52,403 nt of DNA from Sulfolobales archaeon (GTDB taxonomy: Archaea > Thermoproteota > Thermoprotei_A > Sulfolobales > NBVN01): assembly GCA_038841535.1 (NCBI GenBank), contig JAWBTQ010000008.1:1-52403 (forward strand), read 5' to 3'. This document shows positions 37,242-46,957 of the stretch, piece by piece (the first letter of the stretch is position 1; the number at the start of each line of letters is the position of its first letter). The position numbers and the translations under genes are program-made. The notes under the pieces are model-generated. The model searched no databases. It was given only the letters and a program-made list of their open reading frames with translations, and was not told the origin of the DNA.

Positions 37242-39086
37242 CTACTCGACTGGTGTATGCTTCACTATGAACCTCACGATGCGTGTGAAGACAGTAACTC
37301 TATTTCTGACTCTAGCTACTCCATGTCCTTCGTCTCCTATTCTTATGAACTCTACCTCCCTTCCCAGCTTCTTCATTGCTTCCACTAGTTGCTCTGCCTC
37401 ACTTATCGGCACCCTCGGGTCGTTCTCTCCGTGTACTACCATTAGAGGTGCCTTCATCTTCTCGATATGCGATATGGGGCTTAGCTGAAGCATTACGTCG
37501 GCCATAGTCTCTGGGTCTCCGTACTCATACGCTCTATACTTCCTCCTCCAAGGCCCGGTGTTCTTAATGAAAGTTACTAGGTTCACTATCCCCACTCTCT
37601 CTACACCACAGCTCCAGTAATCGGGGAAGAGGACCATACTCATGAGTGTTGCGTAGCCTCCATAGGAAGCTCCAGTTACAGCTATCCGCCCCTTTACTAC
37701 TAAACCCTCTTTCTCAACCCAATCTACGAGAGCCCCGATATCCTTTAGGGAGTCAAGCCTTTTCTCTCTGTCGTCGAGGTGCAGGAAGGTCTTACCATAG
37801 CCCGCAGAACCCCTAAAGTTAGGTGCGAGAACTAGGTACCCTAACTTCACTAAAACCTGAGTAAGCGGGTCGAAGCCCGGCCTAGCTTGACCCTCTGGAC
37901 CACCGTGTAACACCACAACAGCCGGGTAGGGAGGCCTCCCAACTCTGGGTCTGTAGAGGAGGGCCGGAATCCTCATTCCATCCCAGCTCTCGTATCGAAT
38001 AACCTGGGGGGCAACACATTCTTCGACTTTCGTGCCAAACGCTGGAGACTTCGTTATTCTCCTAGCAGGCTCTTCTTTTACTACCGCAAACAGCTCGTGA
38101 CCTACTCTAGGTCCAGAGACGTCGTAAAATATTCCGGTAGCTCCCCACGAGACGGTGCCTATGACGCCCTCAGTAGAGGTTAGGAGTTCGACTCTACCGA
38201 AATCGGTGCTCGCTACATAAGCCCTAGAATAGCCGTCGTAGTTCTCTACGAACACTAGAGACCCTCTATCTGGCGCCAGGTCTAGGTCCTCGACATCGTG
38301 GTCTGAACCATACACGTACTTCCACTCCATTCTCTCGAGATCGTAGAGAGCTATGTTGACGTACTCTCGCCCCTCGTTCGTTAAGAAGAAGAACTTCTTA
38401 TCGTCGAGTACTCTCGGGTTAGTGTTTCTAGCTTCACCGTAGTGCTTAGTTAGATTCCGGACTTCCCCACTAAGTGCACTCACTAAGTAGATGTCACTAT
38501 CGAGGTTGGTGTTCATGTGGACTATGAGCACCCTGTCTTCCCCGACCCAAGAGCTACAGCTATTCGTACCCTCGAGCTCTGCTACTAGCCTTACACCGAC
38601 ACCCTCGTCGTATACGTAGAGGTCGAAGTCTACGCCGTTTCTCGCTGTAGACGTAAAGCAGAGACGCCTTCCCCGCTTGTCCCAAGCACCTAGGTTAGTA
38701 ACAACACTCTTACCGTCGCCATGGACATGCCTTATAGAGCCGTTCCTCATCGAGTAAATATCGAGAACCCACCTTTCGTTTCCTCCCGTATCCCATAGAA
38801 AAGCTATATCACCACTCCTACTAACGGCTAAGCTACCCACTCTCTCATCGAAGGGAAAGAGAGGTTCAACAGAATCATCACTCCAAATCCAAGGTAAGTC
38901 AGCACCTGTTACATCCGACAAGTAAACTGCGAAGCCTCCATCTTTAGCTGCCTGAGGGGACTTAGCCGACCTAATGCTGAGAAAGCGCCTGACCTCCAAC
39001 CACAAGGGGTCGTACTCCTCTAAGCGAATGACCAATATGTTCACCAACGACCTAGAGCACAAGTACATAAATACTTTCATTAACAC
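37242..39086 (-). CDS. S9 family peptidase (acylaminoacyl/dipeptidyl peptidase-like)
   Basis: Beta-propeller N-terminus; HGGPE, GASYGG (Ser), HGENDPRVP (Asp) and DEGHG (His); the real start is probably a little downstream of 39086. Confidence 0.93.
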   Translation of the reverse strand: MLMKVFMYLCSRSLVNILVIRLEEYDPLWLEVRRFLSIRSAKSPQAAKDGGFAVYLSDVTGADLPWIWSDDSVEPLFPFDERVGSLAVSRSGDIAFLWDTGGNERWVLDIYSMRNGSIRHVHGDGKSVVTNLGAWDKRGRRLCFTSTARNGVDFDLYVYDEGVGVRLVAELEGTNSCSSWVGEDRVLIVHMNTNLDSDIYLVSALSGEVRNLTKHYGEARNTNPRVLDDKKFFFLTNEGREYVNIALYDLERMEWKYVYGSDHDVEDLDLAPDRGSLVFVENYDGYSRAYVASTDFGRVELLTSTEGVIGTVSWGATGIFYDVSGPRVGHELFAVVKEEPARRITKSPAFGTKVEECVAPQVIRYESWDGMRIPALLYRPRVGRPPYPAVVVLHGGPEGQARPGFDPLTQVLVKLGYLVLAPNFRGSAGYGKTFLHLDDREKRLDSLKDIGALVDWVEKEGLVVKGRIAVTGASYGGYATLMSMVLFPDYWSCGVERVGIVNLVTFIKNTGPWRRKYRAYEYGDPETMADVMLQLSPISHIEKMKAPLMVVHGENDPRVPISEAEQLVEAMKKLGREVEFIRIGDEGHGVARVRNRVTVFTRIVRFIVKHTPVE

Positions 39087-39144
39087 TAAAACAAAGCCTC
39101 TAAGAAAGTGTTAAGCACCGACTACTACCTACAGCAACTCGAGG

Positions 39145-39238
39145 TGGGCCCGCGGGGACTCGAACCCCGGACCTCCGCCTCTCGCAGGAATCGGGAGCTC
39201 GTAAGGGCGGCGTCCTAACCAGGCTAGACGACGGGCCC
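39145..39238 (-). tRNA. tRNA-Val(TAC) with 19-nt intron (39181-39199) in the anticodon loop
   Basis: GGGCCCG acceptor stem, D arm GTCT/GGAC, anticodon stem CCGCC/GGCGG, T loop TTCGAGT, discriminator A; removing 19 nt restores loop CTTACGA; CCA not encoded. Confidence 0.92.
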
Positions 39239-39259
39239 AACAGTTTTCTTTAGTTACTG

Positions 39260-39267
39260 CTTAAAAA
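39260..39267 (-). promoter_or_regulatory. TATA box of tRNA-Val
   Basis: TTTTTAAG 22-29 nt upstream of the mature tRNA 5' end. Confidence 0.55.
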
Positions 39268-40037
39268 CTGTTGATAAAGCCGCTAATAGAGTAGCCTCTT
39301 AGCAAAATTGGTGTAGGAACTAGAGCTCTCCTCACACAAACGCCAAGCCCACTAATTATGAGAGCTAGTACTACCTAAGTTGCTGTCTCGGCGTAGATGT
39401 CTACATCTAGTGCGCCACTAGCTAGCGCGTTCTGCTCTGGGTGTGCCTAGACCGGGTTACTCTATATGCGAATACCCCAGAGATTTCCCAAGACCAGAGA
39501 GTGATGCTATAATACTAGTATTAGGCTGAAGTAATATTCGGGGTAATGAAGTTCGACCGCGTGAATATCTACAAAGTTGGACTCCCTCAATGACCACTAC
39601 TTATTCAATCTAACCCCGGCTCGAGATATAGAGGAGTTCGGATGCTGTTTTGAGTTATGGACCTGTAAGCGATATTTCTAATATACCAGGTGGTTATAGA
39701 GAGCGCTGACTCTCCAAAAGCGCATGGAACTTGGAAGCCGTAAGCATGGTCTTGTAGTTGTTTTAGTGAAGGTTTATTGAGGTTTCGGTATTGTTTTACG
39801 TTAGTGATGGGTTTAGTGTATTCTCCGACCTTAGGGGTGTTGGCGGGCTATGCCCGGAGTCTCTCGGTGATGATCACCCATTAGATGTGGACCCCGTGCT
39901 GCCGGGCTCGAGGGGGCTCAAGACCCTCATGTGGGGTAGTCGGTAGCAGCGTTGAGCTACGAGAGATACAACCTCCCCAGAAAACCTGGAGAAACCTTAA
40001 GGACGGAAACAGAACGGTCTCGTATTAGTGGTAGTTC

Positions 40038-40367
40038 TCAGTATATCCTCTCCGGTCTTACGATATAGTCGTAGTAAGCTATTACTACGTTAGCGCACGT
40101 TGTATTGTGTAAGTAAGTGCCTGGCCACACCTCTAGCTCCTCATACACCCCACTATCTACGCATACAACGCGAACACTGTAAGGGTTTTCACCCCAGTTA
40201 GCTATGACTATAGTGCTACCCACGCGATATGCTGAAATCTTCGGGGGTAGCCTTGCGTTTTTTAAAGTGGTACTAACTTCAGTAGCTATGTAGCTAACAG
40301 TTGTACCAATACTCAACACTAGTGCCAGAAGCATTAACTCTGCGTAAAGCTGGGTAATACCTCTCAC
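40038..40367 (-). CDS. Putative archaeal type IV pilin-like protein (class III signal peptide)
   Basis: MRG|ITQLYAELMLLALVL: basic-Gly cleavage site followed by a hydrophobic helix containing Glu; small beta-rich C-terminal domain with two Cys. Confidence 0.6.
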   Translation of the reverse strand: MRGITQLYAELMLLALVLSIGTTVSYIATEVSTTLKNARLPPKISAYRVGSTIVIANWGENPYSVRVVCVDSGVYEELEVWPGTYLHNTTCANVVIAYYDYIVRPERIY

Positions 40368-40466
40368 TTACTCCCCCAAGTAAGTAGAGACTATTAAAGT
40401 GGTCACATGTCTGTATTACTATGTGTACATTTATATACTTACTGACATGGATAGCTAGGTGGTGGT

Positions 40467-41042
40467 GTGTCGTCTAGAAGGTTTGTAGCACTTCCTGAGA
40501 GACTTCTCGTTGACGCTATAAGGGTTGCCGAAAAGCTGGGCATACCTTACACAGTTTTAATTGAGAGAATTCTTACTGAAGTACTTAGACTAATGAGATA
40601 CAAAAAGAACCTCCTGGAGTCTCTAGCTATGGTGGACGCATTTGACGATGTAAGAAGGCTTGGAGGTATGTTCTTCCCTGAGAAATCTGCTGTAGAGCTA
40701 CTAGCCTTAGCGAGTACGGAGAAATTAAGCGAAATATGCCTAGAGCTAACTAAGATGACGTCTTGGTACGCAGAGTTAAGTAAAGTAAAGAGGTCTTTAA
40801 CACTTACTGAAGTCAAAAACTCCCTGGAGCTGTGGATGCCTAGCGCGAGAGTAGACCTAGTTAAAGAAGGTGAGAGTACCTACAAGTTCGTCGTAAGCTT
40901 CGTGAACTACTCGAGAGAGTTTCTAGAGCTATCTAAGTGTGTAGCAGAGGGGCTTATTAGGGGCTACGGTCTGGAAGAGCACGAGCTGTCAACTGGACCA
41001 TCAGTTCTCGTACTGAGAGTAGGTGGACTAAGTGAGGAGTAG
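40467..41042 (+). CDS. Hypothetical protein with N-terminal ribbon-helix-helix-like segment
   Basis: RRFVALPERLLVDAIRVAEKLGIPYTVLIERIL has a beta-alpha-alpha pattern; SD GGTGG upstream. Confidence 0.6.
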   Translation: MSSRRFVALPERLLVDAIRVAEKLGIPYTVLIERILTEVLRLMRYKKNLLESLAMVDAFDDVRRLGGMFFPEKSAVELLALASTEKLSEICLELTKMTSWYAELSKVKRSLTLTEVKNSLELWMPSARVDLVKEGESTYKFVVSFVNYSREFLELSKCVAEGLIRGYGLEEHELSTGPSVLVLRVGGLSEE

Positions 41043-41532
41043 GAGAACTCTCGGAGTAGACCTAGAGCTTGCGGAAGAGCTTAAGTCCATAGCCAAATCC
41101 AGAGGGATGAGCTTGGTCGGATATCTTAGAAAGCTCTTTGAGGAAGCAATAGAAGTAGAGAGACTCGGCTACTTCGCACCCGGTGTCTTAAGAGAAAAGA
41201 AAACAGAGTTAGTGCTCTCGAAACTCGGGTTTGTCTACATACCACTGGACCTCCTAGATAGCCAGCCTGCGGCCCTCGAGGTTGTGGAAACCCGCGGCGA
41301 AAAGCTGGGTGTTACTCTTAGGGAGCTGGGAATAAGCTGTGAAGAGATAATCGAGAGAATCTCCTTAAGCAACGGGATCGGGATACTGAGAGAGAACGCC
41401 ATAATCCTCATCCCAACATCCGGATCCAGAGAGATACTGAGGCGCTTCCTCATAGGTCTAGCCAAGGGAAGCTCTCTCGAGGTATCGATAGTGGGCGACT
41501 TAGCAATAATAAAAACTTCACGCTACCTCTAA
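41032..41532 (+). CDS. Ribbon-helix-helix domain protein (putative regulator)
   Basis: RRTLGVDLELAEELKSIAKSRGMSLVGYLRKLFEEAI. Confidence 0.68.
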   Translation: MRSRRTLGVDLELAEELKSIAKSRGMSLVGYLRKLFEEAIEVERLGYFAPGVLREKKTELVLSKLGFVYIPLDLLDSQPAALEVVETRGEKLGVTLRELGISCEEIIERISLSNGIGILRENAIILIPTSGSREILRRFLIGLAKGSSLEVSIVGDLAIIKTSRYL

Positions 41533-41573
41533 ATAATAAAGCAGTTAGCTAGTGAATTCAGCTTATTGTTATA

Positions 41574-42206
41574 TTGCGGTTTAGCGCACGTAGTGGTGAA
41601 CAAGTGGTGAAGACGTCTATGAAGTACAACTACGTTGATTGGGAGACTCTTCACGGTTTAGTAGCCAGATTAGCACTATCAATAAGCAGAAACTATCTAC
41701 CCCAAGTCTTAGTGGGAGCACTTAGGGGAGGATACGTCGTCGCTAGGATACTCTCAGACTTCTTGGGCACAGACGAACTAGCTGTTATAGGTGTGAAGTT
41801 CTATAAGGGTGTTGGCGAGAGGGGGGAAAAGCCCGTTATAACGGTGCCAGTAGTTCACGACGTCAAAGACAAGGCTGTTTTAGTCGTGGACGATGTAGCC
41901 GATACCGGTAGAACTCTCGAAACAGCTGTAGCAGACTTAAGGCTCCGGGGGGCTAGATCCGTTAAAACTGCTGTGCTGTTCCTTAAACCCAGGTCTATAG
42001 TGATTCCCGATTTCTACGCAGAGATGACTGACGCTTGGGTCATTTTCCCGTGGGAAGTATGTGACTTCTTGCGTGAAATGATGAGAAAAGGAGAGCTTAG
42101 TGCTGTAAACTACCTTATGTCCCACATTCAAAAAAGTAGTAACATCTCTAACGCCGTTCAGCAGATCCTGGGTGTGAGTAAGGGTGAAGATTCCACGAGG
42201 GTGTAG
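41574..42206 (+). CDS. Purine phosphoribosyltransferase (type I PRTase)
   Basis: LRGG, VLVVDDVADTGRTL (PRPP loop), PDFY and WVIFPWE; the start is probably GTG 41607 or ATG 41619. Confidence 0.9.
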   Translation: MRFSARSGEQVVKTSMKYNYVDWETLHGLVARLALSISRNYLPQVLVGALRGGYVVARILSDFLGTDELAVIGVKFYKGVGERGEKPVITVPVVHDVKDKAVLVVDDVADTGRTLETAVADLRLRGARSVKTAVLFLKPRSIVIPDFYAEMTDAWVIFPWEVCDFLREMMRKGELSAVNYLMSHIQKSSNISNAVQQILGVSKGEDSTRV

Positions 42207-43189
42207 CCACCAACCTCCGTCTTAGCTATCACTTTACCCCATAGAAAGTCTGCTGGAGGCTCGATCACCTCACCAACTACCGCTGTCTCGGAGTACCCTA
42301 GCTTGCGAATGAACTCAAGCACCTCGGAGTACACCTCCTTTGAAACAGCCAGTACCGCTACTCCCTCTGATGCCGAGTTAAGTGGGTCTACACCGAGTAG
42401 CTCTAGGAAGTTCTTAGTCGCCTGGCGAACTGGTATGGAGTCTCTATAAACGACTATAGACAGCTGGGTCCCCCTGACCCACTCGTATAGAGCTGAAGCT
42501 AGCCCACCTCGTGTTGGATCCTTTGCTGCGTGAATGAAGCTACCGTACCGGTCTACGAGCGGGATCATCAGGTCGTGAAGGGGTTTTACGTCACTTGCGA
42601 GACCTGAGACCTTCTCAAGTAACCCTAGTTGAGCAGCAGCTATGACGGCTCCATGGTCTCCCACAGGACCTGAAACTATGACTGCGTCACCCACTCTAAT
42701 CCTCCGGTCCACTATGGGATTTCTAGTAAGTCCCACCCCAGATGTTGTAATTATGATGCCGTCGATAGAGCCCCTGGGCATGACCTTAAAGTCTCCACCC
42801 ACTATGTGAGCACCGACCTGAGCTACTGTAGACACGAAAGACCCTACTACATCCTCAACTAAAGACTCGTCTATCCCCTCTTCTACGACAATCGCGTCAA
42901 CGAGGGCTAGCGGCTTGGCTCCCATCATGAGGAGGTCGTTTATGGTTCCAGATGCCGCAAGCTTGCCTATGTCTCCACCAGGAAACTTCAGGGGCTTGAT
43001 CGTGTAGGAGTCTATAGTGAAAGCAAGATAGTTACCGCTGCCCACGTCTATTATCGCACCATCATCTAGGTAGTCTAGTCCATAACCTCCGGGGGTATTA
43101 CGCAAATGCTGTGGAACCTTAGCAGCTATGTTTTTCACGATGAATTCTAGCATCTCTAAACCTCCAGCACCGTGCTCTAGCTTAATCAC
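42158..43189 (-). CDS. hypE: Hydrogenase maturation protein HypE
   Basis: HGAGG, DSYT..P..FPGGDIGKLA..GT.NDL, GGDFKV, KDPTRGG and C-terminal PRIC. Confidence 0.95.
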   Translation of the reverse strand: MIKLEHGAGGLEMLEFIVKNIAAKVPQHLRNTPGGYGLDYLDDGAIIDVGSGNYLAFTIDSYTIKPLKFPGGDIGKLAASGTINDLLMMGAKPLALVDAIVVEEGIDESLVEDVVGSFVSTVAQVGAHIVGGDFKVMPRGSIDGIIITTSGVGLTRNPIVDRRIRVGDAVIVSGPVGDHGAVIAAAQLGLLEKVSGLASDVKPLHDLMIPLVDRYGSFIHAAKDPTRGGLASALYEWVRGTQLSIVVYRDSIPVRQATKNFLELLGVDPLNSASEGVAVLAVSKEVYSEVLEFIRKLGYSETAVVGEVIEPPADFLWGKVIAKTEVGGYTLVESSPLLTPRIC

Positions 43190-43376
43190 TTATTGCCCCT
43201 CTTCCATAAGCAGTCTCAACGATAATAAGCTTCTCTACACTCTTGAGCCGGGTCTCGAATACAATTGCCGCAACTGATACTCGAAGGTCTGTTAACCTAA
43301 TGCGACCCCCGAGTTGTGGTGGGTTATCGCAATATCGTATCGCAAGGTCTCTATTAACGGCTTCGTGATTAGCTAA

Positions 43377-44000
43377 CTAGGGGTCGAGAATCTTTAGCAC
43401 AGCATTAACTAGGGCTCTCGCGCAGATCCCGCGGTTGTTGTAGCAGATCGACATAGCCAGTACATCTCCCTCAATGCAGTGCTTGAGGGCTATGTCTTTG
43501 AGAACTCCTCCAGCTTTTTCGAAACCACCACTCACGGGCATTACCGGGGTTTCCCCGCAGTACACTATGATAGCTCCCTCCGCTCCTTCTCGAACCACCT
43601 GATCTCGCAACTTTAGATATCCTATCTTCTCAGCTAGGACCTCTCTAAATTTCTTAATGACTACTCCGTATGCTTCGCAGTTAGCACATACACCACTTAT
43701 ATCAAGTCGACCTATAAAATCTAGGACCTTACTTAAGTTCTCAACTAGCTCTAGACCTTCTCGAGTTAGGAAGATCCCCGCTACTCTATCTACATCGATA
43801 AGCCCTCTACTTCTCATCCTCTTAATTAGGGTCTTAACCGAAGCCTCCCCTAGGACGAGCTTCTTAGATAGTGCTAGTCTACCCATAGGAGCCTCTTGAT
43901 ACAAGCTCAATAGAGCTAGGTAGGCATGGTACGCGTCGAACGAGGGCTTGACACCTCCGGCCGGCTCGGAAAGCCTCTTTAGCTCGACTAAGAAGCTCAT
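43377..44000 (-). CDS. Winged-helix protein (DUF4443/DUF2111-like)
   Basis: PMGRLALSKKLVLGEASVKTLIKRM..GLI...G..LT..G and LRDQVVREGA.GA. Confidence 0.75.
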   Translation of the reverse strand: MSFLVELKRLSEPAGGVKPSFDAYHAYLALLSLYQEAPMGRLALSKKLVLGEASVKTLIKRMRSRGLIDVDRVAGIFLTREGLELVENLSKVLDFIGRLDISGVCANCEAYGVVIKKFREVLAEKIGYLKLRDQVVREGAEGAIIVYCGETPVMPVSGGFEKAGGVLKDIALKHCIEGDVLAMSICYNNRGICARALVNAVLKILDP

Positions 44001-44755
44001 CTCTGAGCTCCCGTATCCACGCGAACAAGTTTAACCCTTGGAGCAACAGATATGTGGGTCACACCTTTTCTTGCTGGTAGAGACACGTTGTAGACTCTGG
44101 TAAGCCCTATTACTGCTTCAGTTACGGTAGCGTTGTGAGCGTGTGCGTGAATCGCTACATCAGGTTTTATCTCACGTATTACTTCCTCTAAATATCTGCA
44201 GCCCATGTAGGGGTATATCTTCTCGGGCTCTCCCTTAATAGTCTGGTAAGTAGGAGCATAGTGAGTCAGCAATATCGTTATATCAGATACCTTAGAGACT
44301 TCCTCGAGTAGCTTCCGCAAGACACCCACTCTCCTCCTATACACTGTCTCAAGTTGCGGCATGTTCTTGCTCTGCCAGTAAGTGAGTCTATCTAAAGACC
44401 CTCTACTACCTACTACCCCTAGTGTGACATCCCCCGTCTTTAAAACAGTAACAGAGTCGTTCAACCATACTACATAGCTAAAATTCTTGATTAAGTAGTC
44501 TTCTACTTCGTGGTACTCGTCGTTCCCGAAGACTGAAACTATGGGAACGTCTTTGAATCTCGACGTTATCTCCCTTAAAACTATGTTCATACCTCCAACA
44601 TCTCCTCTATCGATTATATCACCAGCGAGCAAGATAGCGTGCAGTCCTTCGGGCTGAACGCTCTTTAAGGACGCCCTCAGAACACCTAGGTACTGTAAAC
44701 CATGGACGTCGCCAAATGCCAGTAATCTAGCTGTTGATGTCATACTCCCCTTCAC
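43997..44755 (-). CDS. Calcineurin-like metallophosphoesterase
   Basis: GDVH, AGDIID, FGNDE, THYAP and HAHAH. Confidence 0.9.
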   Translation of the reverse strand: MKGSMTSTARLLAFGDVHGLQYLGVLRASLKSVQPEGLHAILLAGDIIDRGDVGGMNIVLREITSRFKDVPIVSVFGNDEYHEVEDYLIKNFSYVVWLNDSVTVLKTGDVTLGVVGSRGSLDRLTYWQSKNMPQLETVYRRRVGVLRKLLEEVSKVSDITILLTHYAPTYQTIKGEPEKIYPYMGCRYLEEVIREIKPDVAIHAHAHNATVTEAVIGLTRVYNVSLPARKGVTHISVAPRVKLVRVDTGAQR

Positions 44756-44798
44756 GTACTCTGTAAAAGCTTAAAAACAGCGCGTAAACACCTCAAGG

Positions 44799-45023
44799 GT
44801 GTTACCTCTGGTTAAGCTAGTGGGAACTAACGCCGGTGGACATGCGGGGTGGGCGACTAAGAGGTGTAAAGTGTGCTCTAGGGACTTAGTAATCGGTGAG
44901 GCATCTGTATACTACTGTAGTAACTGCTCCACTAAGTATGGAGCATACTTCTGCTCAAGTGATGCTAGAGTACTCCACTATAAGTGTCCTTACTGCAAGC
45001 AACCCCTAGAGCTACTGCTGTAG
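44799..45023 (+). CDS. Small Cys-rich zinc-binding protein
   Basis: CKVC, CSNC, CSSD and CPYC; TATA-like TTAAAAA about 25 nt upstream. Confidence 0.7.
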   Translation: MLPLVKLVGTNAGGHAGWATKRCKVCSRDLVIGEASVYYCSNCSTKYGAYFCSSDARVLHYKCPYCKQPLELLL

Positions 45024-45072
45024 CTTATAGCAAAATCCGGGAACGCTAGCTTTGTGTTCGCTGAACATAACT

Positions 45073-45654
45073 CTAGCTTAGGAGTAGCTCGTAGAGCTTT
45101 GCCAGTCTATTCTTTCCTTCTAGAAGGGCCTCGTTAGCAGCTCTGACAGCCTCCCGGAGGTCACCGATTACGAAGCCCCCAGTTCTCAGAAGAATCGTGA
45201 CTCTCACTCCTGTTTTGAGTTCAACGTATATCCCCCTCCTGCTAATAGACAGTATACCACTGTGCTTCATACCTGCTTCACGAGCTATTTTAAGTATAGA
45301 TAGAGCTTCTCGTAAGGTTAGTGTAGATATGTGAAATATGGGGCCGGTAGCTATTAGCCAGAGTCTGCTCATAGGGGGAGAGTTCCTGACTACTGAAAGA
45401 ACCTCATGTTCTTCGATTACCTCGTGCTTCTTGAATACCACTGTAGAGCTCTTGCGATGCCACGGCATTGGTGCGTCTACTATAGTTATCCTGCCACTAC
45501 ACGAGCTCACCGGGAAGGCTTTCTCCCTCTTAAAGAGTGCGAGGAGCACGTGGTATACGTCGGGGTCAAGATAGCCTACGTCTAAGTCCTCGAGCATCCT
45601 TCTGCGCATAGAGTCCTTCTCCTTTAGCCACAAGCTCCTGTCCACTATACCCAC
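45073..45654 (-). CDS. taw3: tRNA wyosine-derivative methyltransferase Taw3
   Basis: YLDPD, SSCSGRI, K.H, PIFHI and AG.KHSGI. Confidence 0.9.
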   Translation of the reverse strand: MGIVDRSLWLKEKDSMRRRMLEDLDVGYLDPDVYHVLLALFKREKAFPVSSCSGRITIVDAPMPWHRKSSTVVFKKHEVIEEHEVLSVVRNSPPMSRLWLIATGPIFHISTLTLREALSILKIAREAGMKHSGILSISRRGIYVELKTGVRVTILLRTGGFVIGDLREAVRAANEALLEGKNRLAKLYELLLS

Positions 45655-45742
45655 AGACTACCCAGTAACGGGAATTGAAAAGTAAGTAAAGAGTTTAGCG
45701 ACACATACTTTTAAGCTAAAAATAATCACGAGTCTTAGGTGG

Positions 45743-46957
45743 TTGAGGGTGATACTAGAGAACGTGAAGCCCCAAAGCGATGGCCAGAAAAGGTTGCTGG
45801 AAGCTTTGAAGGCGGAGTCTTACTCCATAGTGGGGGTCTTCGGGCCAACTGGGAGCGGTAAGTCTCTCTTCTCTCTAGCATACGGAATAGAGTCAATAAG
45901 TAACAATAAGTTCAGGAGGTTCATGGTAGTCAAGCCCGTAATCGATGTCGTCACTGGAAGAGAGCTAACGCTAGCAGAAGCGAGTGATGAATACACTAAG
46001 CTTGCTAGCGAGTACTTGGCCGACGTTCTAGGGAGTTTTGTAGACCCGCTGAAGATATCGGAGCTCTCGAAGTCCGGGAAGCTCGTGCTGACGGATGGTC
46101 ACTACTTAAAAGGTAGAACGTTCGATGAGACCTTGATATTTATAGATGACGCCCAACACGTTAGACTCGAGATACTACTTGAGGTAATCGTAAGGTTAGG
46201 AGTTAAAAGCCGGCTGATAATTGCGGCTGACCCCATATTCCAGACACTAAGAGGTGCGCAACACGACCACATAACCACACTCAGAGAGATACTCCTCAGT
46301 GAGTCCAACGCATACGTTGTAGACCTAGGTGTAGAGGATATTGTTAGAGAAGGTGCGAAAACCGGAGTAAGATTCTTGCTCGAGTACGCGTTGAGGTCTA
46401 GGAAGCTGCAGGAATCCGAGGCTAAAGCACTGCAAGTAATAAAGCTTCACTCACCAGACGCTGATGTAGTGACTGTTGTAGAGATGGAGGAGATAGCTAA
46501 GAAATACGGAATATCGCTAGACCACGTACCTAAGTACTTAGTTGTTGTTAAGCCTGGACATCTAGGTCGTCTTGTAGGTAAGGGTGGAGAGAGAATTTCA
46601 GCTATAGAGAAAGAACTAAGTAGTAGGGTCAGAGGGGTGGAGCTAGACTTAGATTTAAACAACTACATAAGGTCCGTTCACCCAGTTTCATGGATATGGA
46701 AGAGGACTAAGGTGAACCTACTGGGTTCCTACCTTGCAATAAGAATTGAGAGTGAGAACCTTGGTCCCTTAATGGGGCAGAGAGGCTCATACATAAGGTT
46801 CTTAGAGGAGGTCACTATGAAGCTCATGGGCTTAGGTGTTAAAGTCATACCTACTTCGGAGAAGGTGGAGTCAGATAAGTCTAGAAAGAAGGCTAAGAAA
46901 TCTTCTCGAACTGAAGATCGAGGACGACCTGGTAGTAGCGTGGACCGACCGACCTAA
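45743..46957 (+). CDS. PhoH-family ATPase fused to KH domains
   Basis: GPTGSGKS, YLKGRTF and IDDAQ; C-terminal GRLVGKGG and GPLMGQRG KH motifs. Confidence 0.88.
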   Translation: MRVILENVKPQSDGQKRLLEALKAESYSIVGVFGPTGSGKSLFSLAYGIESISNNKFRRFMVVKPVIDVVTGRELTLAEASDEYTKLASEYLADVLGSFVDPLKISELSKSGKLVLTDGHYLKGRTFDETLIFIDDAQHVRLEILLEVIVRLGVKSRLIIAADPIFQTLRGAQHDHITTLREILLSESNAYVVDLGVEDIVREGAKTGVRFLLEYALRSRKLQESEAKALQVIKLHSPDADVVTVVEMEEIAKKYGISLDHVPKYLVVVKPGHLGRLVGKGGERISAIEKELSSRVRGVELDLDLNNYIRSVHPVSWIWKRTKVNLLGSYLAIRIESENLGPLMGQRGSYIRFLEEVTMKLMGLGVKVIPTSEKVESDKSRKKAKKSSRTEDRGRPGSSVDRPT

